Shown here piece by piece: positions 7,685 through 16,086 of a stretch of 32,660 nucleotides of DNA; position 1 is the first letter of the stretch; each line of letters starts with the position of its first letter. This stretch comes from Fidelibacterota bacterium (GTDB lineage: Bacteria; Fidelibacterota; Marinisomatia; Marinisomatales; TCS55). The stretch lies in the NCBI GenBank assembly GCA_046861385.1, contig JBHHTW010000026.1, forward strand, positions 1 to 32,660. The letters run 5' to 3'. The notes below the pieces were generated by a model. It was not told where the DNA came from, searched no databases, and saw only the letters and a list, made by a program, of their open reading frames with translations. The translations under genes were made by a program, and so were the position numbers.

Positions 7685-10474
7685 CTACCACTCAACCGAA
7701 GCCCTGGCGCCTAAGCCAGGACCATAAAACATAGCGTTCAGCAATAACCGTTCACTTCCTCTAAAATATCCTCTAAAGTTTGGCTGTGTGGCGAACAAAA
7801 TGACCTGGCCATTTCCCAACCTTTCTCTCGTTGCCCAAGCGCCGTTTGCAATGCGTTCCTTTGCTTCCGGCCATAATAATCCTCCCAGGCGAAGGTCGGA
7901 GGCAGGCGCTAACCGAGCAGGAGAATGGGCAGGGTTTTTTGTCATAAGGACAGTCGATGTGCCGAATAAAACAGGTGTCATATCGCCGCAACCAAAATTC
8001 AGCCAATGTTCCGGATCAAGATTCACTCTAAGGATGGCTCCCTGCGGGCTCAGTTTTCTTCCAAGCTCATCCTGATCTTTTAACTCCGAAATATCTGATT
8101 TTTTCTTATCATTTTCTTTTGTGGTTTCATCTTCAGACTGTTTTCCTTCCCAAAGTTCAAGGCTGTCCACGGCAATACTACCGGTCGCCTGATATTGAGA
8201 TAAATTATATTGGTAGCTGTCTAATTCCTTTAAAATATTTCTACGCTTTCTAACACTGCTTAATCCCGAAGAAGAGTCCGCTATGAAACTGGCAGCAGCC
8301 CCAATTGCAATCAATGTACCACCATCTTTGACCCAATCTTTAAGCTTTTTTATTCCACCCTTTCCAAGGATATCTTTATAAGCGCCTCCCCAGGAAGAAG
8401 GGAGTACGATAACATTGTATTTCCGCAGGTCCGTTCGGCGGACAGACATGAAATTCAAAAGAGTTGTTCTGGTTTGTAATCGGGAATCCAGTAAATGCCA
8501 AACGGATCCAAAACTGTACTGGCTGATGGGTGGACCTCCAATAAGAGCAATCCGTGCGGACTGCAGCAAATTCACATCATTGCCTCCAAGGTCCGGACCC
8601 GATTCTGCTAATGCAGTGCCAATGCCAACAATATTGATTCCACTTTCGGAAGCTATTTGTGAAAGTAATTCAACATTCAATTTTGGGTTAGATTGTTTTC
8701 GGATCAGTATACTGCCGGCCGCATATGTTTGCCCTTCAATCTGCACCGGTTCCATAACAGCCCACAGTTTGATTTTATTTTCCATCAATCGAGACAAAGC
8801 AATATAAATACCATCTTCAGCGCCGTCTATGATAAATCCATATTCTGCATTAGTGTTCAACAATTCTCCATCATCTGATAAATGGTCATAGGGTCTCATG
8901 TCAAATCTGGGAAGGGATGTAGTGTAAAATCCTTCCAATCCAAAAGCCAGAGGGAGGGACCACGCTGTGACGTCATAAAGAGTTGATTCACTGTTTTTCA
9001 ATACTTCCCGTCGTTCTTTTTCCATGGATTTTGTATCGAGCCTGATGTCAAACTGCAAGATATTTTGAATTAATGCTTTTAAAGGCTGATTCACAGGAAC
9101 AATCAAAGCACCGCCTTTTATTCGGGTATTTTTAATTATATTATTGGCGCTGGTTTTTGCGGAAGCTAATCGAATATCATTTTCGGTGACATATACTTCA
9201 ATCGTTTGTCTTTTCAATGTTTCAGCAAACGCATCGAGACGATCCAGATTATCTGACAATGGAAAAACAAATGCCTCCTTTGGATCACTATCGACAGCAT
9301 TTTTTCGAATATGATAATAATCTCTTAATAATTCTTCCCGATGAGCGGCAGCCGTCGAAAGATTTGCCATAGAGCTGATGAATTGATGATGAACTGCTTC
9401 CCGAAATGTTGTTTTGGATCCATCAGGACGTTTAATTAATTGACCGGACGTTCGGGATTGCTCATACAATATTCCTACCATCCCGGCGAAAATTCCCCAA
9501 GAACTCCCATAACCGGGATAGATTTCTTCATTCCAATCCCGGGTATAATAACTCCATCCGTATTGATTGAAAGCATTTGCTTGGTCTGTTGCAAATTGTT
9601 TCCACCATTTATGGAGAGTGGGATGGTTATAGGGATTATATGGTTCTCGGGGAGGATTAAATAAATATGTATCGTATGCGCCCATTTCATGGGCATCAAC
9701 CAGGAGTTGAGGCTTCCAATCTAATATGGCTTGAACGATGCCTCTACTTTCAGGATGAACGGTGGCAAACCAATCCCTGTTTAAGTCAAATAAATAATGA
9801 TTGGTACGACCCCAAGGCCACATTCCACGATGGTTTAAGCTCTGAACATCCGGGTTGGGAATGACACCACCCCATTGTTGGTGCTGCGATAATATTCTTG
9901 CCCTACCATCGGGGTTTTCCAAAGGATCAATGCAAACAATAATATTTTCTAGAATTTTCTGTGTTAACGTATCTATCCCGGCAGCGAGCTGGTATGCAAG
10001 GAATACAGCTGCATCCGGACTGGATACTTCATCACCGTGAATGGCATATGCCATCCAGGCCACCGCAGGCGTGGAATGAATAATATTATCCACGTTCTCT
10101 CTTTTATTCAGTTTTCGAGGGTCTGCCAGTTTTTGTAGATTTTTTCTGTGTTGTTCAATATTTTTATCATTTTCTTTACTGGTAATGGTGAGATATATGA
10201 GTTCTCTTCCTTCGTAGGTCTGACCATAGCTATATAGTGTGGCGTTTTCCAAGGCAGCATCTAAATACTCAAAATATGTTTTTGCTTCCCAATGTCTAAC
10301 GGGTCTGGACCCAAGTTCAAAACCGAAGAATACCGATGGAGATTGGATATTATTGTCGTAAACACCATTTAAAAAAAATGGTGTTTCATAATCACCAAGA
10401 CCCGGATGGTCATGGGTGCGCATTGTTTGACCAAAAATAATACTAATGAATAACAGAATGGTTATTTTATTCAT
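7685..10474 (-). CDS. Secreted M14 family zinc carboxypeptidase with C-terminal class I GATase-like domain
   Basis: IHGDE zinc motif, ENPDGR, DLNRD, DAHEMG; late LKDWVKDGGTLIAIG. ATG 10474 follows a GAGG RBS and precedes the signal peptide MNKITILLFISIIFG|Q. Confidence 0.88.
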   Translation of the reverse strand: MNKITILLFISIIFGQTMRTHDHPGLGDYETPFFLNGVYDNNIQSPSVFFGFELGSRPVRHWEAKTYFEYLDAALENATLYSYGQTYEGRELIYLTITSKENDKNIEQHRKNLQKLADPRKLNKRENVDNIIHSTPAVAWMAYAIHGDEVSSPDAAVFLAYQLAAGIDTLTQKILENIIVCIDPLENPDGRARILSQHQQWGGVIPNPDVQSLNHRGMWPWGRTNHYLFDLNRDWFATVHPESRGIVQAILDWKPQLLVDAHEMGAYDTYLFNPPREPYNPYNHPTLHKWWKQFATDQANAFNQYGWSYYTRDWNEEIYPGYGSSWGIFAGMVGILYEQSRTSGQLIKRPDGSKTTFREAVHHQFISSMANLSTAAAHREELLRDYYHIRKNAVDSDPKEAFVFPLSDNLDRLDAFAETLKRQTIEVYVTENDIRLASAKTSANNIIKNTRIKGGALIVPVNQPLKALIQNILQFDIRLDTKSMEKERREVLKNSESTLYDVTAWSLPLAFGLEGFYTTSLPRFDMRPYDHLSDDGELLNTNAEYGFIIDGAEDGIYIALSRLMENKIKLWAVMEPVQIEGQTYAAGSILIRKQSNPKLNVELLSQIASESGINIVGIGTALAESGPDLGGNDVNLLQSARIALIGGPPISQYSFGSVWHLLDSRLQTRTTLLNFMSVRRTDLRKYNVIVLPSSWGGAYKDILGKGGIKKLKDWVKDGGTLIAIGAAASFIADSSSGLSSVRKRRNILKELDSYQYNLSQYQATGSIAVDSLELWEGKQSEDETTKENDKKKSDISELKDQDELGRKLSPQGAILRVNLDPEHWLNFGCGDMTPVLFGTSTVLMTKNPAHSPARLAPASDLRLGGLLWPEAKERIANGAWATRERLGNGQVILFATQPNFRGYFRGSERLLLNAMFYGPGLGARASVEW
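7686..7774 (-). repeat. Direct repeat copy 2 (within the M14 gene 3' end)
   Basis: Identical to 4882-4970. Confidence 0.95.
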
Positions 10475-10543
10475 AATGGTATCCTCTAAATGTTGAATAG
10501 ATGTTTTGTATTGAATGGTTTTCAAAACCCTTTACTAACAAAT

Positions 10544-11089
10544 TCATTTTTTCATCTCCGGTTCCAAATCCACCCCCAATCCTTCGGCAATTCGATTTAT
10601 ATAATTGAAAAAACCGATTACTTGAGCGGCGTCGCTAATGGCATCCTGCGTAAACCCGACCGCTTCCAGCTCTCGAAAATCTTCCTCATTCATCTTTCCC
10701 GGCGTGAGTGTCAATTTTTCGGCCCATGCACATAATGCATTATCTTCCTCTTTTAATCCTGCAATCCGCCAGTTGTGTTTTACATGCTCGGCCAATTTAT
10801 TATTCTGAACTTCATCCCGGAAGTCTTCTCCATGAGATTCTGTTCAGTAATGACATTGATTTGTGCTTGAAACAACAGTCGCCAGCATTTCCCGCTGGGC
10901 TCGGGATAATTCTGATTTTCCATACATAATGGATAAATACATTCGCATGGAATCCCTCATCGCCTCCGGGCTCTTGCTCATCACTTTTCGAATATTTGAT
11001 ATTCTTCCAGATCTTTTTAATGCTTTTTCATATTCCTTCTTCAGGGTTCCTTCAGCTTCTTCCGGTATTATCGTATCTATGTATGCCAT
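10544..11089 (-). CDS. AhpD/carboxymuconolactone decarboxylase-family peroxidase-related protein, probable selenoprotein (181 aa, CxxU)
   Basis: ORFs 10844-11089 and 10544-10795 share a frame. Reading through the TGA at 10846-10844 gives LSRAQREMLATVVSSTNQC-H-Y-U-TESHGEDF...FNYINRIAEGLG, a complete AhpD-type protein with TGA at the second Cys of CxxC. Confidence 0.85.
10808..10843 (-). promoter_or_regulatory. Candidate bacterial SECIS hairpin
   Basis: GACUUC-CGGGAU-GAAGUU stem-loop at +19 to +36 after the UGA, with G at loop position 2. Confidence 0.5.
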
Positions 11090-11110
11090 GATAATATCCT
11101 ATAAAAGTGA

Positions 11111-11968
11111 CTAAAATGAATATGTTAATCCCACTGAAACAGTGTGATCTTCCGGTTTATAAAAAACATTAGGTAACAATACATAATCATCATCATCGGT
11201 TGTGTAATTTGAATCAATTGTACCGTTTAAATCTTCGTATTCTGCTAATGTTAAATAGCCACCATTTTCATCAACAGCATAAGCGTAACTTTTTGCAATT
11301 TTGTCCAATTGATACTTAGAATCAAAATCATAATAATAATTGATATCCAGGGTAAGAGCATTCTTAAACGTTTTAAAAGACAGGACCAATATGCTTTTTA
11401 ATAAATATTTATCCATATTGTCAAAACGGGGTTTGTAGTATACCTGCCAATTGATAGTTACGGCAGGAGAATCAAATGATCGTTTATATTTTGGACGTAG
11501 CGAATGGCGGGTTAACCTTACCGGATCTTCATTTATGTATTTTTCCTCCTCAAACAATGCAGCGTAGCTAATAGAGAAATAAGGTCCAAACCGGTACTTC
11601 CCTCCGATGCCAACATTGGATCTACTATCCAATGCACTTAAAGAATCAAATCCCCATCCAGCAAAAATAAACGGAGAAAAGGTTTGATTGGCATATAAAT
11701 CTAATTTTAGAGTCGAATTTCCATCGTCTTCGTAAGGACTTTTATTATAAGTTGATTTTGCCCTGCTTGCCGAAAATAATAATTCAGTATCGGGAAAGGA
11801 GAATTTTCCCAACCGTATCAGACCATTTTTTGTAACAGAAAAAGAACCATTAAAGTAATGATAATCAAGGTTTCCGGATCTGCCAAAATATGAACCGGAG
11901 ACCTTGATGGCTGTTGGATCACCTTGGAGAGCTGACATGATTATTAATGTGAATACGACGCGTTTCAT
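11111..11968 (-). CDS. Outer-membrane beta-barrel protein, DUF481-like
   Basis: Signal peptide from ATG 11968 (AAGGA RBS), alternating beta-strand pattern (RSNVGIGGKYRF, YYKPRF) and the BAM-type end VSVGLTYSF. The longer ORF-track start lies inside a terminator. Confidence 0.7.
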   Translation of the reverse strand: MKRVVFTLIIMSALQGDPTAIKVSGSYFGRSGNLDYHYFNGSFSVTKNGLIRLGKFSFPDTELLFSASRAKSTYNKSPYEDDGNSTLKLDLYANQTFSPFIFAGWGFDSLSALDSRSNVGIGGKYRFGPYFSISYAALFEEEKYINEDPVRLTRHSLRPKYKRSFDSPAVTINWQVYYKPRFDNMDKYLLKSILVLSFKTFKNALTLDINYYYDFDSKYQLDKIAKSYAYAVDENGGYLTLAEYEDLNGTIDSNYTTDDDDYVLLPNVFYKPEDHTVSVGLTYSF

Positions 11969-12029
11969 ACCAATCCTTGCTTTAATAAGAAAAGAAATTA
12001 TAAGAATAAAATTTAATTTAGAAGTGATG

Positions 12030-12062
12030 AAAAAAAACAAGGCAGATTTCTGCCTTGTTTTT
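12030..12062 (-). terminator. Rho-independent terminator
   Basis: Minus strand AAAAACAAGGCAG-AAAT-CTGCCTTGTTTTTTTT, about 36 bp downstream of the 133-aa gene. Confidence 0.85.
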
Positions 12063-12098
12063 CAGGTTATTTTGTTATAAAAAATGAGTGATAACCTT

Positions 12099-12500
12099 TT
12101 AAGGCATTTTGTCCTCATCTGCTTTTTTTATCTCATCAGATTTTAGATCATCTTTTTTAGTTTCTACACTGGGTGCGGCTTTGAGGGATTCGGCGGTAGG
12201 TGCAGAGGCAGACTTTGTAACACTAGGAGCGACAGCCTTGCTTGAAAGACTCGCAGGTACCATTTTCTCTTCAGTAGGTTGTTCCTTAGATTTTGTTTTT
12301 ACATCCCCATCTTGAGATAATTTTTTAGATGGTGCGGCTACTTTTTTTGCAAGTCGATCAGAAGGTTCTTGATTCGCAATGCCTTTTGATTTTTCTTTCA
12401 CAATTTCATCTTTCGTTTTGTCCATATCATCCTGAGCATAAACAAAGGTGATTGATGAAATTAAAAAAGTAATCATCAGCAATTTGAAAATGTGTTTCAT
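12099..12500 (-). CDS. Secreted low-complexity Lys/Ser/Ala/Asp-rich protein, unknown function
   Basis: AAGGAGG RBS, signal peptide ending FVYA|Q, own terminator and repeated AP(S/T) motifs. Confidence 0.8.
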   Translation of the reverse strand: MKHIFKLLMITFLISSITFVYAQDDMDKTKDEIVKEKSKGIANQEPSDRLAKKVAAPSKKLSQDGDVKTKSKEQPTEEKMVPASLSSKAVAPSVTKSASAPTAESLKAAPSVETKKDDLKSDEIKKADEDKMP

Positions 12501-12791
12501 ATTGAAACCTCCTTCAATTAAGATTATTTTACCTATACTATTAGAATAATCTAGGCAATAAACTCTGGTGAATTATAGGCTGGTATTCTCGGAAAAACAA
12601 TACTCTTTTTATAATTATTAAAATGCGGAATTATTCATGAAATAACCAAATGAAGAATCATTTATTTTAATAAAAAGTTGGGTATTTTTACTAAATATTC
12701 CATTTGTTTATTGCTGTACTATTTAATCTAATTCGGTATCCGGTTTCATTAAAAAAGTGACTCCCACCTGCTTCTGATAAAATTTAAATAT

Positions 12792-12839
12792 GGCGGACAG
12801 GGAACCTGCTATCAAATGGATTATAAAAGAAAAATCCCC
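12792..12839 (+). repeat. Degenerate copy of the tRNA-Phe-associated repeat (distal island boundary)
   Basis: ggcggacagggaacctgctatcaaatggattataaaagaaaaatcccc matches 16123-16170 at 43 of 48 positions without gaps. Confidence 0.85.
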
Positions 12840-13079
12840 AACGATTTCCCAAATGAAGGTATTGGGAAAAAGTCCTTTAAAGAGATAACACGGAATGCGC
12901 TTAAATAGAAACAAAAGAAGTAATAAAAATCAGATACATGTTCTGCTAATAAGGAAATCATTCTTTCAACCTGGAATAGTAACGGCCTGACAAGCCGGCC
13001 GTCACACACGAGGTTTATTGGCCAAGTTTAGGGCAGAGTTACGCTCTTTATCTTATAGACCGTGGACAACCCTATGAGC

Positions 13080-13344
13080 TGTCAAACTGGAGGCCTCGTA
13101 CTTGCGGTATCTCAACAGTCAAAGGTCCCATTCGAGTGTAGATTGTCTTGGGTTTATATCCATTGGCATAACCCAATCGCTCCTCACTTCTCCAATAAGG
13201 GGCCGCATTGAGAAACTCAGCCCGTTCCAGCTACATGGCAAAATCAAACAGCAGCTTCATCACTGGTAATATGCCTTCTGTTCCTTTATTAATGACTTCT
13301 TCCATTATTCCTTCAAATACTGTAGTTTTCTCTATTGGGTTCAT
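13080..13344 (-). pseudogene. IS256 (Mutator) family transposase N-terminal fragment
   Basis: Manual translation from ATG 13344 (AAAGGAG RBS): ...LLFDFAM*LERAEFLNAAPYWRSEERLGYANGYKPKTIYTRMGPLTVEIPQVRGLQF, the typical IS256 N-terminus. In-frame TAG at 13233-13231. Not in the ORF track. Confidence 0.85.
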
Positions 13345-13396
13345 TTTGGGGTTCTCCTTTTTGTTTTTCTCATTTGAATTTGCGAACCCTGAACCC

Positions 13397-13423
13397 TTTT
13401 TACAGAAAGAATTTTACACTACC
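13397..13423 (-). mobile_element. Probable left terminal inverted repeat of the IS256 relic
   Basis: Minus strand GGTAGTGTAAAATTCTTTCTGTAAAAA resembles IS256-family ends and lies about 50 bp upstream of the transposase start. No partner IR found. Confidence 0.55.
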
Positions 13424-13431
13424 CCAAAAAA

Positions 13432-13460
13432 TTGCACTGTTTACATGTTTTATGTACATT
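13432..13460 (+). promoter_or_regulatory. Possible sigma70-type promoter for the peptidase-Kelch gene
   Basis: TTGCAC-17 bp-TACATT, about 125 bp upstream of ATG 13586. Confidence 0.35.
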
Positions 13461-13585
13461 TTAGAGTACCATCAAGGGATTATTGATGTGAATAGTAAAT
13501 ATACCGAAAGTAATAATTATTTTCATCTTATCGACTATAATTCTCCGAAGTATTTAAACTACAATCTAAATATGGAGAATAAAAA

Positions 13586-16048
13586 ATGAGATTATTTCGC
13601 AACATAATTTGGGTTTTTTCTATAATAATAAACCAAATGTTGTTCTCTGGTGAATGGTGTGAAACACCCACGCCAGAAAATGATTTTTTAGACTCGATTG
13701 GAATTGAAGAATATACATCTGAACACCCGGCTAAAAATATCAATCTGTTTTTCCACATAATTAAACCAACAGTAGGATCCGGTGGATTTAGTAATTCCCA
13801 AGTAAATGCGCTCTTCACAATTTTAAATGATGATTTTGAGTCGGGTAACATTTCCTTCACAGAAGTAGGGCGAAATACTATTAAGAATAGCACCTATTAT
13901 AATAATCCCAACTTAACAACATTAAGACAGCCTTTTGGTCACAGTAATGCATTGGATATTTTCCTTGTGCCTGGAGCTATAGGCGATGCAGGGTCAATTA
14001 TTAGCCATTCTGTGATAGTAGGTTTAGATTTTGCTGGAACGAGTGTCCTCTCTCATGAGGTTGGTCATAGCTTCAGTTTATATCACACACATGATACTGG
14101 GTTTGGGGCTGAGTATGGACATGATTGTAATACGACGGGAGATTTAGTTTGTGATACACCACCAGATCCCAATCTTCATCATGGTGCATATGTAGACAAT
14201 AATTGTGATAATATTCCACATATAGACATAGATCCAGACTCAGGAATTCAAGATCCGTACAATCCAGATACACATAATATAGAATCCTACACTGATTTAT
14301 CCTGTTTGGATTGGTTTACTGATGGTCAATTTGATCGAATCCATACTAATTTCATTCATTCAGCAATAATGGATGCTTATGTTGAAAAAATAGTCGTACC
14401 TCAAAATTTATCATGGACCAACTCAAGTAATCATCCAAGGTTAAGCTGGAATGCAGTAAGTGATCCAGATTTAGACGGGTATTTAATTTATCGAAACATA
14501 CTAGGTGAAAGTATAAAGTGTGATCAATTTCAATTACACGCCACTCTTTCTAGCTCACAAACTACCTATACTGATCAATCCATTGATGTTGTACACCCAA
14601 GATTTGCTTTGAATCAGGCAGAATATTATGTAGTTGCGATAAATACTGATGATGACAAATCCTTTCATTCAAATATTATATCTGTGCCTACTAATACATC
14701 TGCAAAACAATTGGTTGCAACCGAATTCTGGGAAACTGCTGGACCACTGAATTACCCGAGAGTCGACCATGTTGCCACTAAATTATTAGACGGATCAGTA
14801 TTAGTAACTGGTGGTAGTTCACTTATTGATGACCATTCTTTGAATTCCTGCGAAGTTTATGATGTTGAAGATAATTCATGGAATACGACCGTTTCGCTAG
14901 CAGAAGGCAGAAGTGGACATACAAGTACATTATTAAACGATGGTAATGTATTAATAATAGGCGGGATAACATCATCATCATCAATAGAATCATGCGAAAT
15001 TTATAATACGACAACTAGCTCCTGGGCTTACATAAATCCACTTGTGGAGTCAAGGGAGAGTCACGCCTCTGTACTACTACGTGACGGACGAGTATTGGTA
15101 ATAGGTGGATTTAATTTATATCCGGCAGGAGAAGAATCTCTTTCTAGTTGTGAAATCTATAATCCAATGACAGGTGAGTGGCGGCAAGCAGCACCATTAA
15201 ATCATTCAAGAGGGAACCATAAAGCAATTTTATTAGACAATGGCAATGTAATTGTTATTGGGGGTCAAAAACTTTGGGGTGATCCAATATTAATGACTGA
15301 GATATATGATCCAGCCTTCGACTCGTGGAGTGATGTTGATGATCTAAATTTCCCTAGATCTAATTTTTCTACAACCAAATTAGAAAATGGTGATATATTA
15401 GTTGTCGGAGGTGATTCTGATACGTGTGAAATATTTGATCACCAATTGAATTACTGGAAAGTAACTACACCTGTGTTATTTCCCAGGACATCTGGAATTC
15501 GATCAGTATTATTAGAGAATGGAAAAGTTTTACTAACTGGGGGCAGAATAGAATGCGAATTATTTGATCCAGCAGAAGCCCGATGGACTCAAATACAAGA
15601 TTTACCATCAATCAGGTTTAATCACACCCTTACAGAACTCGAAAATGGCGGAGCATTACTTGCAGGTGGAAGCTCTGATAGTACGTGCTATATTTATTAT
15701 CCTGATACAGTACTCGTCAGTACCCAACCTAACTCTTTTATTCCTTATAATTATCTGCTTAAGCAAAATTATCCCAACCCATTTAATCCTGTCACAACAA
15801 TTCAATACGAACTACCTCAAAGATCGAACGTCCAAGTAACCATCTACAATCTACTGGGTAGGGAAGTGACAGCGTTGATATCAGAAACACAGGAAGCTGG
15901 TATTAGATCAGTTATATGGAATGCAATGGATAATCATGGCGAGCCAGTCAGCGCCGGAGTCTATCTTTATCAAATACAAGCCCTCCAAAAAGAAGGTGGG
16001 CAGGCAGGAGAGTTTGTGCAGACGAAGAAAATGGTGTTGATGAAATAG
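13586..16048 (+). CDS. Secreted M43 (pappalysin/ulilysin-like) metallopeptidase + FN3 + Kelch propeller + T9SS CTD
   Basis: GGAG RBS, signal peptide, HEVGHSFSLYHTH, GDLVCDTPPDP and FTDGQ; FN3-like LSWNA...GYLIYR...YYVVA; about six Kelch repeats (R..H.ATxLxDGxVLVxGG...EIYxP); CTD QNYPNPFNP...GVYLYQI...KKMVLMK. Confidence 0.88.
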   Translation: MRLFRNIIWVFSIIINQMLFSGEWCETPTPENDFLDSIGIEEYTSEHPAKNINLFFHIIKPTVGSGGFSNSQVNALFTILNDDFESGNISFTEVGRNTIKNSTYYNNPNLTTLRQPFGHSNALDIFLVPGAIGDAGSIISHSVIVGLDFAGTSVLSHEVGHSFSLYHTHDTGFGAEYGHDCNTTGDLVCDTPPDPNLHHGAYVDNNCDNIPHIDIDPDSGIQDPYNPDTHNIESYTDLSCLDWFTDGQFDRIHTNFIHSAIMDAYVEKIVVPQNLSWTNSSNHPRLSWNAVSDPDLDGYLIYRNILGESIKCDQFQLHATLSSSQTTYTDQSIDVVHPRFALNQAEYYVVAINTDDDKSFHSNIISVPTNTSAKQLVATEFWETAGPLNYPRVDHVATKLLDGSVLVTGGSSLIDDHSLNSCEVYDVEDNSWNTTVSLAEGRSGHTSTLLNDGNVLIIGGITSSSSIESCEIYNTTTSSWAYINPLVESRESHASVLLRDGRVLVIGGFNLYPAGEESLSSCEIYNPMTGEWRQAAPLNHSRGNHKAILLDNGNVIVIGGQKLWGDPILMTEIYDPAFDSWSDVDDLNFPRSNFSTTKLENGDILVVGGDSDTCEIFDHQLNYWKVTTPVLFPRTSGIRSVLLENGKVLLTGGRIECELFDPAEARWTQIQDLPSIRFNHTLTELENGGALLAGGSSDSTCYIYYPDTVLVSTQPNSFIPYNYLLKQNYPNPFNPVTTIQYELPQRSNVQVTIYNLLGREVTALISETQEAGIRSVIWNAMDNHGEPVSAGVYLYQIQALQKEGGQAGEFVQTKKMVLMK

Positions 16049-16086
16049 TATCATATGATACTAACTAAAAATAGTATCTTATATTT

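Larger units (their letters stand above)
4882..7774. mobile_element. Integrase-less mini-island (2804-bp repeat period) carrying one CTD cargo gene
   Basis: Bounded by exact 89-bp direct repeats of a gene 3' end; contains only the LVIVD-CTD gene and AT-rich spacers. Confidence 0.7.

Noticed and set aside
4882-7774. Diversity-generating retroelement template/variable repeat pair
   Set aside because: The two 89-bp copies are identical with no adenine-specific differences, and no reverse transcriptase is in the window.
10544-11089. Two separate small genes or a pseudogene
   Set aside because: The single in-frame TGA sits at the catalytic Cys position with an intact frame on both sides, so Sec readthrough explains it better.
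11969-12040. N-terminal extension of the barrel ORF given by the track
   Set aside because: It begins inside the terminator of the upstream gene; ATG 11968 has an RBS and a signal peptide.
12723-13009. Short ORFs 12723-12914 and 12821-13009
   Set aside because: No recognisable motifs or RBS; they overlap the degenerate repeat and decayed island DNA.
13015-13075. TnpB C-terminal remnant (ERNSALNLA resembles DRDxNAAxN)
   Set aside because: No intact zinc finger or RuvC context; a decayed continuation of the IS256 frame fits at least as well.
4971-16086. Integron cassettes with attC sites flanking the cargo genes
   Set aside because: I found no convincing RYYYAAC...GTTRRRY hairpins at the gene ends and no intI.
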